This document shows, piece after piece, positions 16,291 through 24,212 of a stretch of DNA of 37,896 nt (positions within the stretch are counted from its first letter, which is position 1; each line of letters opens with the position of its first letter). Made by a program: the position numbers and the translations under genes. Below the pieces are notes generated by a model that saw only the letters and a program-made list of their open reading frames with translations, ran no database searches and had not been told where the DNA came from. This stretch comes from a virus: IMG/VR virus record IMGVR_UViG_3300049215_000050, positions 1 through 37,896 of that record. One strand, given 5' to 3'.

Positions 16291-18697
16291 CCACGTCCAG
16301 CTCTCAGGTCTGATCTCGAACCCCAACGGTGCCTACGGCCAGGACGCCCAGACCCCCATCCTCGTCGATCAGCACACCCTTGCCTCCACGGGGTTCGCTA
16401 CGTCGCTTCCCATGACCGGGACGTCGGGAGCACCGACCTCGGGTACTTGGCAGTACGGTCAGCTGGCCATCGACTCCCAGAACCGGATCTGGGTCTGCAC
16501 GGCTTCCGGCACACCGGGGAACTGGCAGTTGGCACAGAATGGCACTTATGCGCCCATCGGAACCGCCCCTGGTCAGTGGGCTGCCGACCTCGTCGCCAAC
16601 TTCGGCGCCGACCCCACGGGGGCCACTGACTCCAGCGCCGCCATCTCGGCATGGCTCACCTACGCCCTCAATCACGGCGGTGGCTTCAAAGCGCCCCCCG
16701 GCACCTACCAGATCGCATCGGGCCAAGAGATCGTTATTTCCTTCACCCCTAACGCCAACTACATCTGGACGCACATCGACCTGACAGGCACCGTATTCAC
16801 CTATTCGGGCACGGGGACGCCGATCACGCTCCAGTCCACCCTTGCTGCCGGTGCCCCTGCCATGTTCGACGTGAAGGGCGGCTACTGCTACGCGCCGAAC
16901 TCGACAACGCAGTTCTGGCTCCTCGAGGACGTGACCGGGTCCCACTGGGAGCGGGTGCAGGGCTACGTGCCCAATGGGTCGATCTGGACCCAGAGCAACG
17001 TGGCCTACTGGTGCGAGCGCAACCAGTACATCGGCTGCATCGACGGCGACGGCAACGGCAACGGGTCCATGCACGCGCTGAGCTTCATCATCAACGGCTC
17101 GTCCAAGGGGTCGATGGCCCGCACAGTCGTCCGAGACCTCTGGCTCCAAGGCGGGGTGCCAGGCCAGGCCAAGATCAACCTCGTCTACAGCGCCAATCCG
17201 CTCGGCCCCGGCCTCTACGACTCGATCTTCGATGGCCTGCGGGGAAACATCAAGTGCGGCGTCATCGTGATGACCCTCGCGGCCAACATGCGCAACATTC
17301 GCTTCCTCTCGCTCGGGACCGAGGCGGTCGTCGCCACGCAGACGGCGAGAACAGTCACCTGGAACAACAACGCCTCCACCTACACCGGGGACGCCTCGGC
17401 GAGCTCCTCCGACGTCGGCCAGGCGGTGACCGGGGCCGGCGTTCCGAACGGCTGTTTCATCGTGAGCGTGAACGGCTCGGGAGCCGGCGCCGTCGTCACC
17501 ACGAACGTCCCGCAAACATCGGGCGGGACCATCGCCTCGATCAACGTCGGGGGCTACAACACCGCCGCCTACTTCTCGGTGCAGAACCTGGACTTCACCC
17601 ACGGGAACACCAATGGGTCGAGCATCCTGCCCTCGATCATCGGTGCCCCGCCCGACCTGTCGGACTTCTCGGGCATGAACCTCTTCGCCCAGGGATCGAC
17701 ACCGTGGGGAACGGCCGTGTCGCCGATCCCGTATCCCTTCCAGTCGGCCGTGAGCGTGCTCACCTACTCGAACGCCGCCTGGCCGATTCCTCCTCGGGCT
17801 CAGCTCCTTCGCATCACCTGCATCGGGGGCGGCGGCGGCGGAGGAGGAGCGGGGTCTGCGGCCGCGGCGCAGCTGCAGGCCGGGGCCGGGGCCGGTGCTG
17901 CTGGAGACTCAGTCAGTCAAGTTGTCGCGGTGGGAAGCAACACAACGCTGAACGTCACTATTGGAGGTGAGGGAAGCGTAGGAACGGGAGGGAATGCCGG
18001 GGGCAATGCTGGCACCAATGGCACTTCGGGTGGGAGCACAACGGTAACGGCATCAGGCATCTCGCTATTCGCCAAGGGCGGCCCTGGAGGGATCGGATCG
18101 GGCGCATCTTCGACCACTTCGGTAGGCGGTGGCGTGTATGGCACGTCCTCGACGGCAACCGGGGCTGGCACGGCAGGAAGCGGTGGCGGCAGCAACTCAG
18201 GCGGCGGCTATCCAGTCGGGTATTCACCGGGTGGGGGTGGCGGTGGCGGACCAGCCACAGCGACGAACGGTGGATCGGGCGGCAACGCCGGGAGCCCGAC
18301 GAGCAATGGAACGGCAGGCAGCTCCGGGGGGTCGGGTACCTCTGCGGGTGGCGCAGGGGGGGCAGCCTATTTCTCCACCTCGGCCAGTCTGACGGCCAAC
18401 AGCAACACCATCACCGTCACCGATGCCAGCGGCATCGTCGTCGGTCAGTACGTGACCGACATCACTGCGGCCGGCCATCTGGCCCAGGGCGCACAGGTGG
18501 TGGCCATCAACGGAACCACCATCACGCTCTCGGGCGTGGCCAACAACACGGCCGGGGCGGACACGCTCCACTTCTACAATCCCGGCGCCCCCGGTGGTGG
18601 TGGCGGTGGTGGAGCAGCAGGAACGGGGGCTGGTGGCAACGGCGGCGTCGGCGCTCGAGGCCTCGTCATCATCGAAGTGATCGGTAGCGGTTCATAA
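16283..18697 (+). CDS. Tailspike-like protein: pectate-lyase-type beta-helix N-terminal region plus C-terminal glycine-rich domain
   Basis: FGADPTGATDSSAAISAWLTYA...PPGTYQI is the classic beta-helix depolymerase N-cap motif. C-terminus AWPIPPRAQLLRITCIGGGGGGGGAG...NVTIGGEGSVG...GGSTTV repeats the glycine-rich domain. Confidence 0.75.
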   Translation: MANHVQLSGLISNPNGAYGQDAQTPILVDQHTLASTGFATSLPMTGTSGAPTSGTWQYGQLAIDSQNRIWVCTASGTPGNWQLAQNGTYAPIGTAPGQWAADLVANFGADPTGATDSSAAISAWLTYALNHGGGFKAPPGTYQIASGQEIVISFTPNANYIWTHIDLTGTVFTYSGTGTPITLQSTLAAGAPAMFDVKGGYCYAPNSTTQFWLLEDVTGSHWERVQGYVPNGSIWTQSNVAYWCERNQYIGCIDGDGNGNGSMHALSFIINGSSKGSMARTVVRDLWLQGGVPGQAKINLVYSANPLGPGLYDSIFDGLRGNIKCGVIVMTLAANMRNIRFLSLGTEAVVATQTARTVTWNNNASTYTGDASASSSDVGQAVTGAGVPNGCFIVSVNGSGAGAVVTTNVPQTSGGTIASINVGGYNTAAYFSVQNLDFTHGNTNGSSILPSIIGAPPDLSDFSGMNLFAQGSTPWGTAVSPIPYPFQSAVSVLTYSNAAWPIPPRAQLLRITCIGGGGGGGGAGSAAAAQLQAGAGAGAAGDSVSQVVAVGSNTTLNVTIGGEGSVGTGGNAGGNAGTNGTSGGSTTVTASGISLFAKGGPGGIGSGASSTTSVGGGVYGTSSTATGAGTAGSGGGSNSGGGYPVGYSPGGGGGGGPATATNGGSGGNAGSPTSNGTAGSSGGSGTSAGGAGGAAYFSTSASLTANSNTITVTDASGIVVGQYVTDITAAGHLAQGAQVVAINGTTITLSGVANNTAGADTLHFYNPGAPGGGGGGGAAGTGAGGNGGVGARGLVIIEVIGSGS

Positions 18698-18832
18698 TGC
18701 CGGTGACGAATACATGAATACCCCTCTATTCCGGATGGATAGAGCCACTTGCAAATGGTGCAAGCGGGAGTTTCCGATGTACGAGTTCCTACGCTCGGCG
18801 CCCCCCGACGATCTAGATGAGAATGACATCCC

Positions 18833-18991
18833 ATGCCTCTAGCCAAAGGAACCTCCAAGAAGGTCTTCTCTGAGAACGTCTCGGAGATGATGAAGGCCGG
18901 CCATCCCCAGAAGCAGGCCGTGGCGGCTGCGTACTCGCAGCAGCGACGATCCGGCAAGCGGAGCTCGAAGAGAAGGAGCAAGCGGTCGTGA
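18833..18991 (+). CDS. Small protein (52 aa) with a highly basic tail, not in the ORF track
   Basis: [56 protein letters not shown]-coupled to the next gene. It resembles a widespread small phage protein family (KG.S.K...N...G.P.KQA.A.A). Confidence 0.6.
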   Translation: MPLAKGTSKKVFSENVSEMMKAGHPQKQAVAAAYSQQRRSGKRSSKRRSKRS

Positions 18992-19335
18992 GCCTCAATA
19001 TCCAGGGAGTCGTGACCGGACTCAACGTTGGCTCCTACACGGTCGGGCCGTTCACGATCGCCACCAACGCCAGCGGCAACACAGCGACGACAGCACTCAC
19101 CCTTGCTTCGGGGGCGAACACGATAACGGTCCCGTCGTGGGCGAGCTGCTGCATCATCGCCCCCAACTCCTCCAATGCCGTGGCCCTTACGCTCAAGGGG
19201 GTTTCTGGTGACACGGGCATCCCGCTCGATCTCACGGCTCCCAGTCTTGTGAACTTCCCCGGCACCCCGCCGGCATCCTTCGTCGTGACTGCTGGTTCGA
19301 CGGCAGCCACCGTGACCGAGTTCATCTTCCTGTGA
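18988..19335 (+). CDS. Hypothetical beta-rich virion-module protein (115 aa)
   Basis: GTG start, high GC3, Thr/Ala/Ser-rich. Confidence 0.55.
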   Translation: MSLNIQGVVTGLNVGSYTVGPFTIATNASGNTATTALTLASGANTITVPSWASCCIIAPNSSNAVALTLKGVSGDTGIPLDLTAPSLVNFPGTPPASFVVTAGSTAATVTEFIFL

Positions 19336-19336
19336 G

Positions 19337-19564
19337 GTGACAATGGCAAGCGATTCCAAATGGATGCAGTCAGCAGTCAAGCGTCCCGGTGCCTTTTCGG
19401 CTAAGGCCGAGAAGGCAGGGATGTCCACCCAGGAGTACGCCCGCAAGGAGGCACACAACCCGAATGCCTCGACGCGGACCAAGCGTCAGGCCAACCTCGC
19501 GCTCACGTTCTCCGGGTACCGGGGTGGTAAGCGCAGGTCCAAGCGAGGCGGGAAGCGGGCCTAG
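19337..19564 (+). CDS. Small protein with a basic tail (75 aa; ATG 19343 is an alternative start)
   Basis: KWMQSAVKRPGAFSAKAEKAGMSTQEYA...GGKRRSKRGGKRA. Its tail is similar to that of 18833..18991. Confidence 0.55.
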   Translation: MTMASDSKWMQSAVKRPGAFSAKAEKAGMSTQEYARKEAHNPNASTRTKRQANLALTFSGYRGGKRRSKRGGKRA

Positions 19565-21244
19565 GTGCCGAACGATCCTCGGGGGCTGACCTGGCTCAAC
19601 ATCTCAGACTTCACTCCGGGGATCATCTCGGCCACGACTATCGGCAGGAACCCTCCTGCTCCGGTGAATCTGTCTCCCCCCCAAGCAGCCGCCCAGGTAT
19701 CGGGCACCTACGCCTGCTACGCCCTTCCCCAAGGGGGTCTTGCCCCGCTGCCGGGGAACTCGAGGACGGTCAATCTCAACACCAACACGACCGACTCCTA
19801 TCCATGCTCCATGGCGATTCTCGGCCCTTCGGGGAATGTCTACGGGGGAGGAATCCCGAACTTCGCCACGGGCGGAGACGAGATCATCTTCGGGAAACAG
19901 ACCATCGATAACTCGGGAAACGTCACTCTTGTCTTGTGGAGCTGGCAGGACGCACTCTCGACTTTCAACATTATTCACACCGCCGGCCCACAGGCCGGAA
20001 CCGGAAACCTCGGGGTTTCCTATGTCTCAGGGGATTTCACGACCATCTTCCTCGACGGGGCGAACACTCCCATCCAGCCCCAACCCTGCTACGCCTTCGG
20101 CTACACGATGATCTGGACCGGCTCGGCTCTCACGGTGAACGGGCTCTATCCCGACCCCTATGCACCGGCTACGGCTTTCTACTCGCTTTCGGGAGCATCG
20201 CCCCAGCCGTCCATCTGCCTCACGCACCAGAACCGGATCCTGTATCTCAACAACACGAACTACTCCTGGTACCCCGGCACGAACTACTACTTCAACCAGG
20301 GAGCCGAGTGGTTCAACTTCTCCGACCCTCCCGGCGGGATCAATGGATTCGGCCAGCGTGAAACGTTCGTGGCCGAGAACCCCTACGGACACGGAGCCTG
20401 GGGGTCGGTTTCGTCAGGCGAGCTGTTCCTCGTTCGTCACCACGGCGGGGGATACATCGTGTCGGGGGACTTGAACAACCCGTCAGTAACCCGCTTGTTC
20501 GGCGTGCAGCCCACCTTCGGCGTGGTCCAGCAGGCGGCACAGACGACCATGGGCATCGTCTACTGCTCGGGCAACAACGGGGCCTGGTCGTGGGGCGGGG
20601 GATCGACCTCGACGAAGTTCTCTCACCAACTGAACGACGACTTCTTCGACCCCGGCCAGCCGACGCATCTGGGTTCACCCCTCCCGACTTACGGCCCGCG
20701 GTTCAACATCGTCCAGATGGGCGAGCAGATCTTCTTTCCCAACAATTACGTCTACGACATCCACACGAACGGCTGGTGGCGGCTCGACTCCCCGAGCGCC
20801 CCGACCTATTCCTTCTTCGCTGTGTCCTATGACGGCAAGGCTCTGTGGGCCATGCCCAAGCAGATCCTGGCCGGGAACCTGGGGATCTTCTACCGCTACG
20901 ACCAGACCGCCCCCGCGACCTTCTACGCCTGGCAGTCCTGGCCGATCCCGGTCACACGGGAGAAGTCGATCAACCTGCGCGAGATCGTGGTCAGGGGACA
21001 GGGGGTTGGGACGATCTCTTTCGCTGCCTACGGCCGAAACGGATCGTCGGATGCGTCGGTACCGTCTGTGGCTACGTTCAACTCCACCACCCAACCGCAG
21101 GTGTTCCGCCTCGACCTCGGGCTGTACGACGCTCAGGACGTGACGATCCAGGTGAACTCGACCGGAACGGGGGGGAACCCGGCCCCCATCCTGTGGGACT
21201 TCTCGGTGGGCTACACCGAAGCCAACATGCAGAGCGCGACCTGA
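19565..21244 (+). CDS. Putative tail (nozzle/tubular-type) structural protein (559 aa)
   Basis: Large ORF in the tail module with Gly/Trp-rich, beta-propeller-like repeats. Called by position only. Confidence 0.45.
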   Translation: MPNDPRGLTWLNISDFTPGIISATTIGRNPPAPVNLSPPQAAAQVSGTYACYALPQGGLAPLPGNSRTVNLNTNTTDSYPCSMAILGPSGNVYGGGIPNFATGGDEIIFGKQTIDNSGNVTLVLWSWQDALSTFNIIHTAGPQAGTGNLGVSYVSGDFTTIFLDGANTPIQPQPCYAFGYTMIWTGSALTVNGLYPDPYAPATAFYSLSGASPQPSICLTHQNRILYLNNTNYSWYPGTNYYFNQGAEWFNFSDPPGGINGFGQRETFVAENPYGHGAWGSVSSGELFLVRHHGGGYIVSGDLNNPSVTRLFGVQPTFGVVQQAAQTTMGIVYCSGNNGAWSWGGGSTSTKFSHQLNDDFFDPGQPTHLGSPLPTYGPRFNIVQMGEQIFFPNNYVYDIHTNGWWRLDSPSAPTYSFFAVSYDGKALWAMPKQILAGNLGIFYRYDQTAPATFYAWQSWPIPVTREKSINLREIVVRGQGVGTISFAAYGRNGSSDASVPSVATFNSTTQPQVFRLDLGLYDAQDVTIQVNSTGTGGNPAPILWDFSVGYTEANMQSAT

Positions 21245-21771
21245 TGCCGATCTCGTCGTACCTGCACTTCCCGCACAAGAGCTCCAACAAGCCGGCGGAC
21301 CTGAACGACAACTGGACGACGCTCCAGACCTTCATCAACACGACCCCGTGGTCCGACTACGCGCCGTTGTGGAACGGCACGCTCGGAGACGGACAGATCC
21401 TCGGCCGGTTCCGTACCTACGGAAAGACGTGCTTCGTCCGCATCCAGCTCTACTTCGGGACCACCACCACCGCGCCGGGAGGACAATGGACCATCACCGT
21501 GCCCTTCGTGGCCGCTAACATTTCCGGCATAAGCCCAGTTGACGAACAGGTGTTGAGCGTGAAGCGATTGGTGTCGGGAGCGGGATCGGAGATGGGGTTC
21601 GCCTCCCTGCTCGGAGGCACCAACACCCTGCTCCTGAACACCTACCCGAACAGCCTGCCCGTCCAGGGTACGGCGCCGAGCGAGTACGTCGTCCCCTACA
21701 CCTCGCCGGTCACGGGCACCGACGCACCGGGCTCGTACACCAACGTCTACGGAACCTACGAGACGACCTGA
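21244..21771 (+). CDS. Hypothetical structural protein (175 aa)
   Basis: ATG 21244 overlaps the previous TGA and lies inside the spurious ORF 20845..21771. High GC3. Confidence 0.55.
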   Translation: MPISSYLHFPHKSSNKPADLNDNWTTLQTFINTTPWSDYAPLWNGTLGDGQILGRFRTYGKTCFVRIQLYFGTTTTAPGGQWTITVPFVAANISGISPVDEQVLSVKRLVSGAGSEMGFASLLGGTNTLLLNTYPNSLPVQGTAPSEYVVPYTSPVTGTDAPGSYTNVYGTYETT

Positions 21772-22454
21772 TGCCCGAGCTCATGTCCACGGCTCTGGCC
21801 GACGTGCGGTCCCGGCTCAACGAGTCGTCGGCCAACTTCTACTCGGACTCCGATCTGATCGCCTGGATCAACGAGGGGTGCCGTGAGGTGGCCCGCAAGG
21901 CCATGTGCCTGTGGGACCAGACCTCTATCCTGGTCTATCCCGGGGTGCAGCAGTACGCGGCTCCGTCGAACATCTTGAAGTTGCACTACGCCGAGTTCGC
22001 CCCGAACACTTCGATCAACACCTACCCCTTGGAGATCCGAAACTACGCCGAGATGGGTCCAATCTGGGGGGTGCAAAAGGGCATCCAGCAGTACACGCCC
22101 AACTACCTGACGCTCTGGAACAGCCCGCCCAATCTCTACGTCATCCTGTTCCCCATCCCGAGCCAGTCGGGGCTCATGAACATGTACTTCTATCGAAACG
22201 CCATCCCCGCCACGACCTCGCAGAACCTCGACGTTCCCGAGGGATGGTGGGAGCTGCCCATCCTCTACTGCGAGTACACCGCCCTTCGCAAGAACGTTGA
22301 CCCCCGGTGGAAGGACGCCAAGGCGATCTACGAGGAGAAGCTCCAGGACATGATCGCGGCGACCGGCTGGCATGACGCCGCCGGCCAGATGTCGTATGGG
22401 ATGACCAACATGCCGCCGTTCGCCTTCGGTGGCGTGGACCTCTGGGGGGGCTGA
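21771..22454 (+). CDS. Putative head-tail adaptor-type protein (227 aa)
   Basis: N-terminus ALADVRSRLNESSANFYSDSDLIAWINEGCREVARKA matches the usual adaptor/connector N-terminal pattern. Confidence 0.45.
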   Translation: MPELMSTALADVRSRLNESSANFYSDSDLIAWINEGCREVARKAMCLWDQTSILVYPGVQQYAAPSNILKLHYAEFAPNTSINTYPLEIRNYAEMGPIWGVQKGIQQYTPNYLTLWNSPPNLYVILFPIPSQSGLMNMYFYRNAIPATTSQNLDVPEGWWELPILYCEYTALRKNVDPRWKDAKAIYEEKLQDMIAATGWHDAAGQMSYGMTNMPPFAFGGVDLWGG

Positions 22455-23262
22455 CGTGGCAGCCGGCAGCGGACTCGGAGCCGCCCCCCAGCAGACCTCG
22501 GGTCTCTCGGCCCAGCAGTACCAGGACCTGTCGAACCTCCTGTTCTCCCAGATCGCCCCTACGGTCGGGCTCGAGAACCAGGCGGTCAACCTCGCCCAAG
22601 CGCAAGCCGGGATCATCCCCGAGGAGACCGCCCTTCAGACCGGCTATCTCGGTCAGCAGTACCAGAACCAGCTCGCCCAGCAGCAGCTCTCTCAGCAGGG
22701 GTTGGTCGGTCAGCAGCAGTATCTCGCCACCCAGGAAGGCGTGTACCCCCAGCAGTTCGCTCTGGAGCAGGCCGGGCTCCAGCAGCAGTTGGCAGAACTG
22801 GCGGCGAACTACGCACCGGGTCTTCAGCAGATTCAGGGCCAGGCGGCAGCGGCCGGGGCGGCGAACACGGTGGGGGCGCGGACGGCCCAGCAGCAGTACG
22901 AGCTCCAGGCCAACCCTGAAACCGGCTATGCCGCGCAGGACATCCAGCGAGCACTTCAGCAGGCGGGGTTGTCGAACCAGCTCCAGAACGCAAACTTCGC
23001 CTTGCAGAACCTCCAGACCGGACTCCCCGGTTCCAACTCGCTGGCCCAGCAGTCGCTCGCCCTCCAGACCCAGGGACTCGGGGAGCAGTACGGATACAAC
23101 CTTCAGAACGCCCAGTTGCAGGGAGCGTTCTCCGGTCTCGGAGCTCAGCAGGGGGTACTCGGCCAGCAGGCGGGGATCATCGGTCAGATCCTCCAGAACC
23201 AAGCGCCGCTCGGGTTGCTCGGCATGGCTGTGAACAGCGGAGGAAGTAATGCCGGTAACTGA
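22429..23262 (+). CDS. Gln/Leu-rich coiled-coil protein (needle or ejection-protein candidate); start GTG 22429 or 22456
   Basis: Q-rich low-complexity heptad-like sequence (LAQQQLSQQGLVGQQQYLATQEG...) throughout. Confidence 0.55.
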   Translation: MAWTSGGADVAAGSGLGAAPQQTSGLSAQQYQDLSNLLFSQIAPTVGLENQAVNLAQAQAGIIPEETALQTGYLGQQYQNQLAQQQLSQQGLVGQQQYLATQEGVYPQQFALEQAGLQQQLAELAANYAPGLQQIQGQAAAAGAANTVGARTAQQQYELQANPETGYAAQDIQRALQQAGLSNQLQNANFALQNLQTGLPGSNSLAQQSLALQTQGLGEQYGYNLQNAQLQGAFSGLGAQQGVLGQQAGIIGQILQNQAPLGLLGMAVNSGGSNAGN

Positions 23263-23710
23263 TCTGACCGAGAGGGAGTTCTCGCGGTTGTGCTCATGGT
23301 TCACCGTAGGTGACGGGTGTTGGCAGTGGAGCGGGAATCTTGCTCGGGAAGGTTACGGGACCTTCTTCCTAAGAGGGCACTCGTCATATGCGCATCGCTT
23401 TTTGTATGAACTGCTAGTGGGGGAGATACCTGAGGGATTAGTAATAGACCACCTTTGCAGGAATAGAGGATGTGTCAATCCAGGACATATGGAGGTGGTG
23501 ACGAGGACTGAGAACGTTATGAGAGGGGTCGGATTCGGGCCTTCCAATCGTCGAAAGACCCATTGTCCCCGGGGCCATGAGTACACGCCTGATAACACCT
23601 GGACGAACTCTAAAGGCTGGAGATGGTGTCGCGAATGTAATCGCCTAAAGATGAGACAACTCCAGGCTGAGGGCCGAATGGACAAGTACCGGAAAAAGGA
23701 GCGGGCCTGA
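23249..23710 (+). CDS. HNH homing-type endonuclease (HNH_3-like)
   Basis: IDHLCRNRGCVNPGHMEVVTRTENV plus CPRGHEY...CRECN zinc motifs. Clearly lower GC, with AGA/ATA/TTA/CTA codons that are rare elsewhere. Confidence 0.85.
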   Translation: MPVTDLTEREFSRLCSWFTVGDGCWQWSGNLAREGYGTFFLRGHSSYAHRFLYELLVGEIPEGLVIDHLCRNRGCVNPGHMEVVTRTENVMRGVGFGPSNRRKTHCPRGHEYTPDNTWTNSKGWRWCRECNRLKMRQLQAEGRMDKYRKKERA

Positions 23711-23711
23711 G

Positions 23712-24212
23712 ATGGCTACGAAACCGAAAACGCCGAAGGCGACCACTCCCGCGGCTCCGCAGCCTGATGTTTCCCAGACGACCCTCAACCAGCTTCTCGC
23801 TCCCTTCATGTCGTCGCTCCAGGGGGATGCGAAGTCGGCCACCACCACGCAGAACCCGTCGCTGGCGCAGATGTTCGGCAACCTGAACCCGTCCTACCAG
23901 TCGGCCATCGCTCCGTACATGAGCCAGTACAACGCGAATGTCCAGTCCTTGCCGGCGCTCATCCAGGGATCGGTGCAGGACGTAGGCAAAGCGGCGATGC
24001 TGTCGGATCTGCTGAACGCGCTTCGCTACCAGTTCGTCTACGGGGGACAGAACCCGAGCCAGGGCATCGGGCAGTTCTCGGGCGTGCTCAAGTACCTGCT
24101 CGGAGAGAACGCGCCGTCCTCGGGTTCCACGTCATCGACGGGTCAGATCCCGCTCAACCTCGGCCCCATCATCGACCAGAGCAGTGGCGGTAACAAGACC
24201 CCGAGCTTCTGA
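23712..24212 (+). CDS. Hypothetical (internal virion protein candidate, 166 aa)
   Basis: High GC3, coupled to the 1328-aa gene. Confidence 0.55.
   Translation: MATKPKTPKATTPAAPQPDVSQTTLNQLLAPFMSSLQGDAKSATTTQNPSLAQMFGNLNPSYQSAIAPYMSQYNANVQSLPALIQGSVQDVGKAAMLSDLLNALRYQFVYGGQNPSQGIGQFSGVLKYLLGENAPSSGSTSSTGQIPLNLGPIIDQSSGGNKTPSF

Noticed and set aside
18714-18842. 42-aa ORF (MNTPLFRMDRATCKWCKREF...) in the AT-richer gap after the spike gene.
   Set aside because: Codon bias is mixed and there is no clear RBS. It overlaps the start of the better-supported 18833..18991 gene and contains only half of a zinc-ribbon motif. Left uncalled; it could be real.
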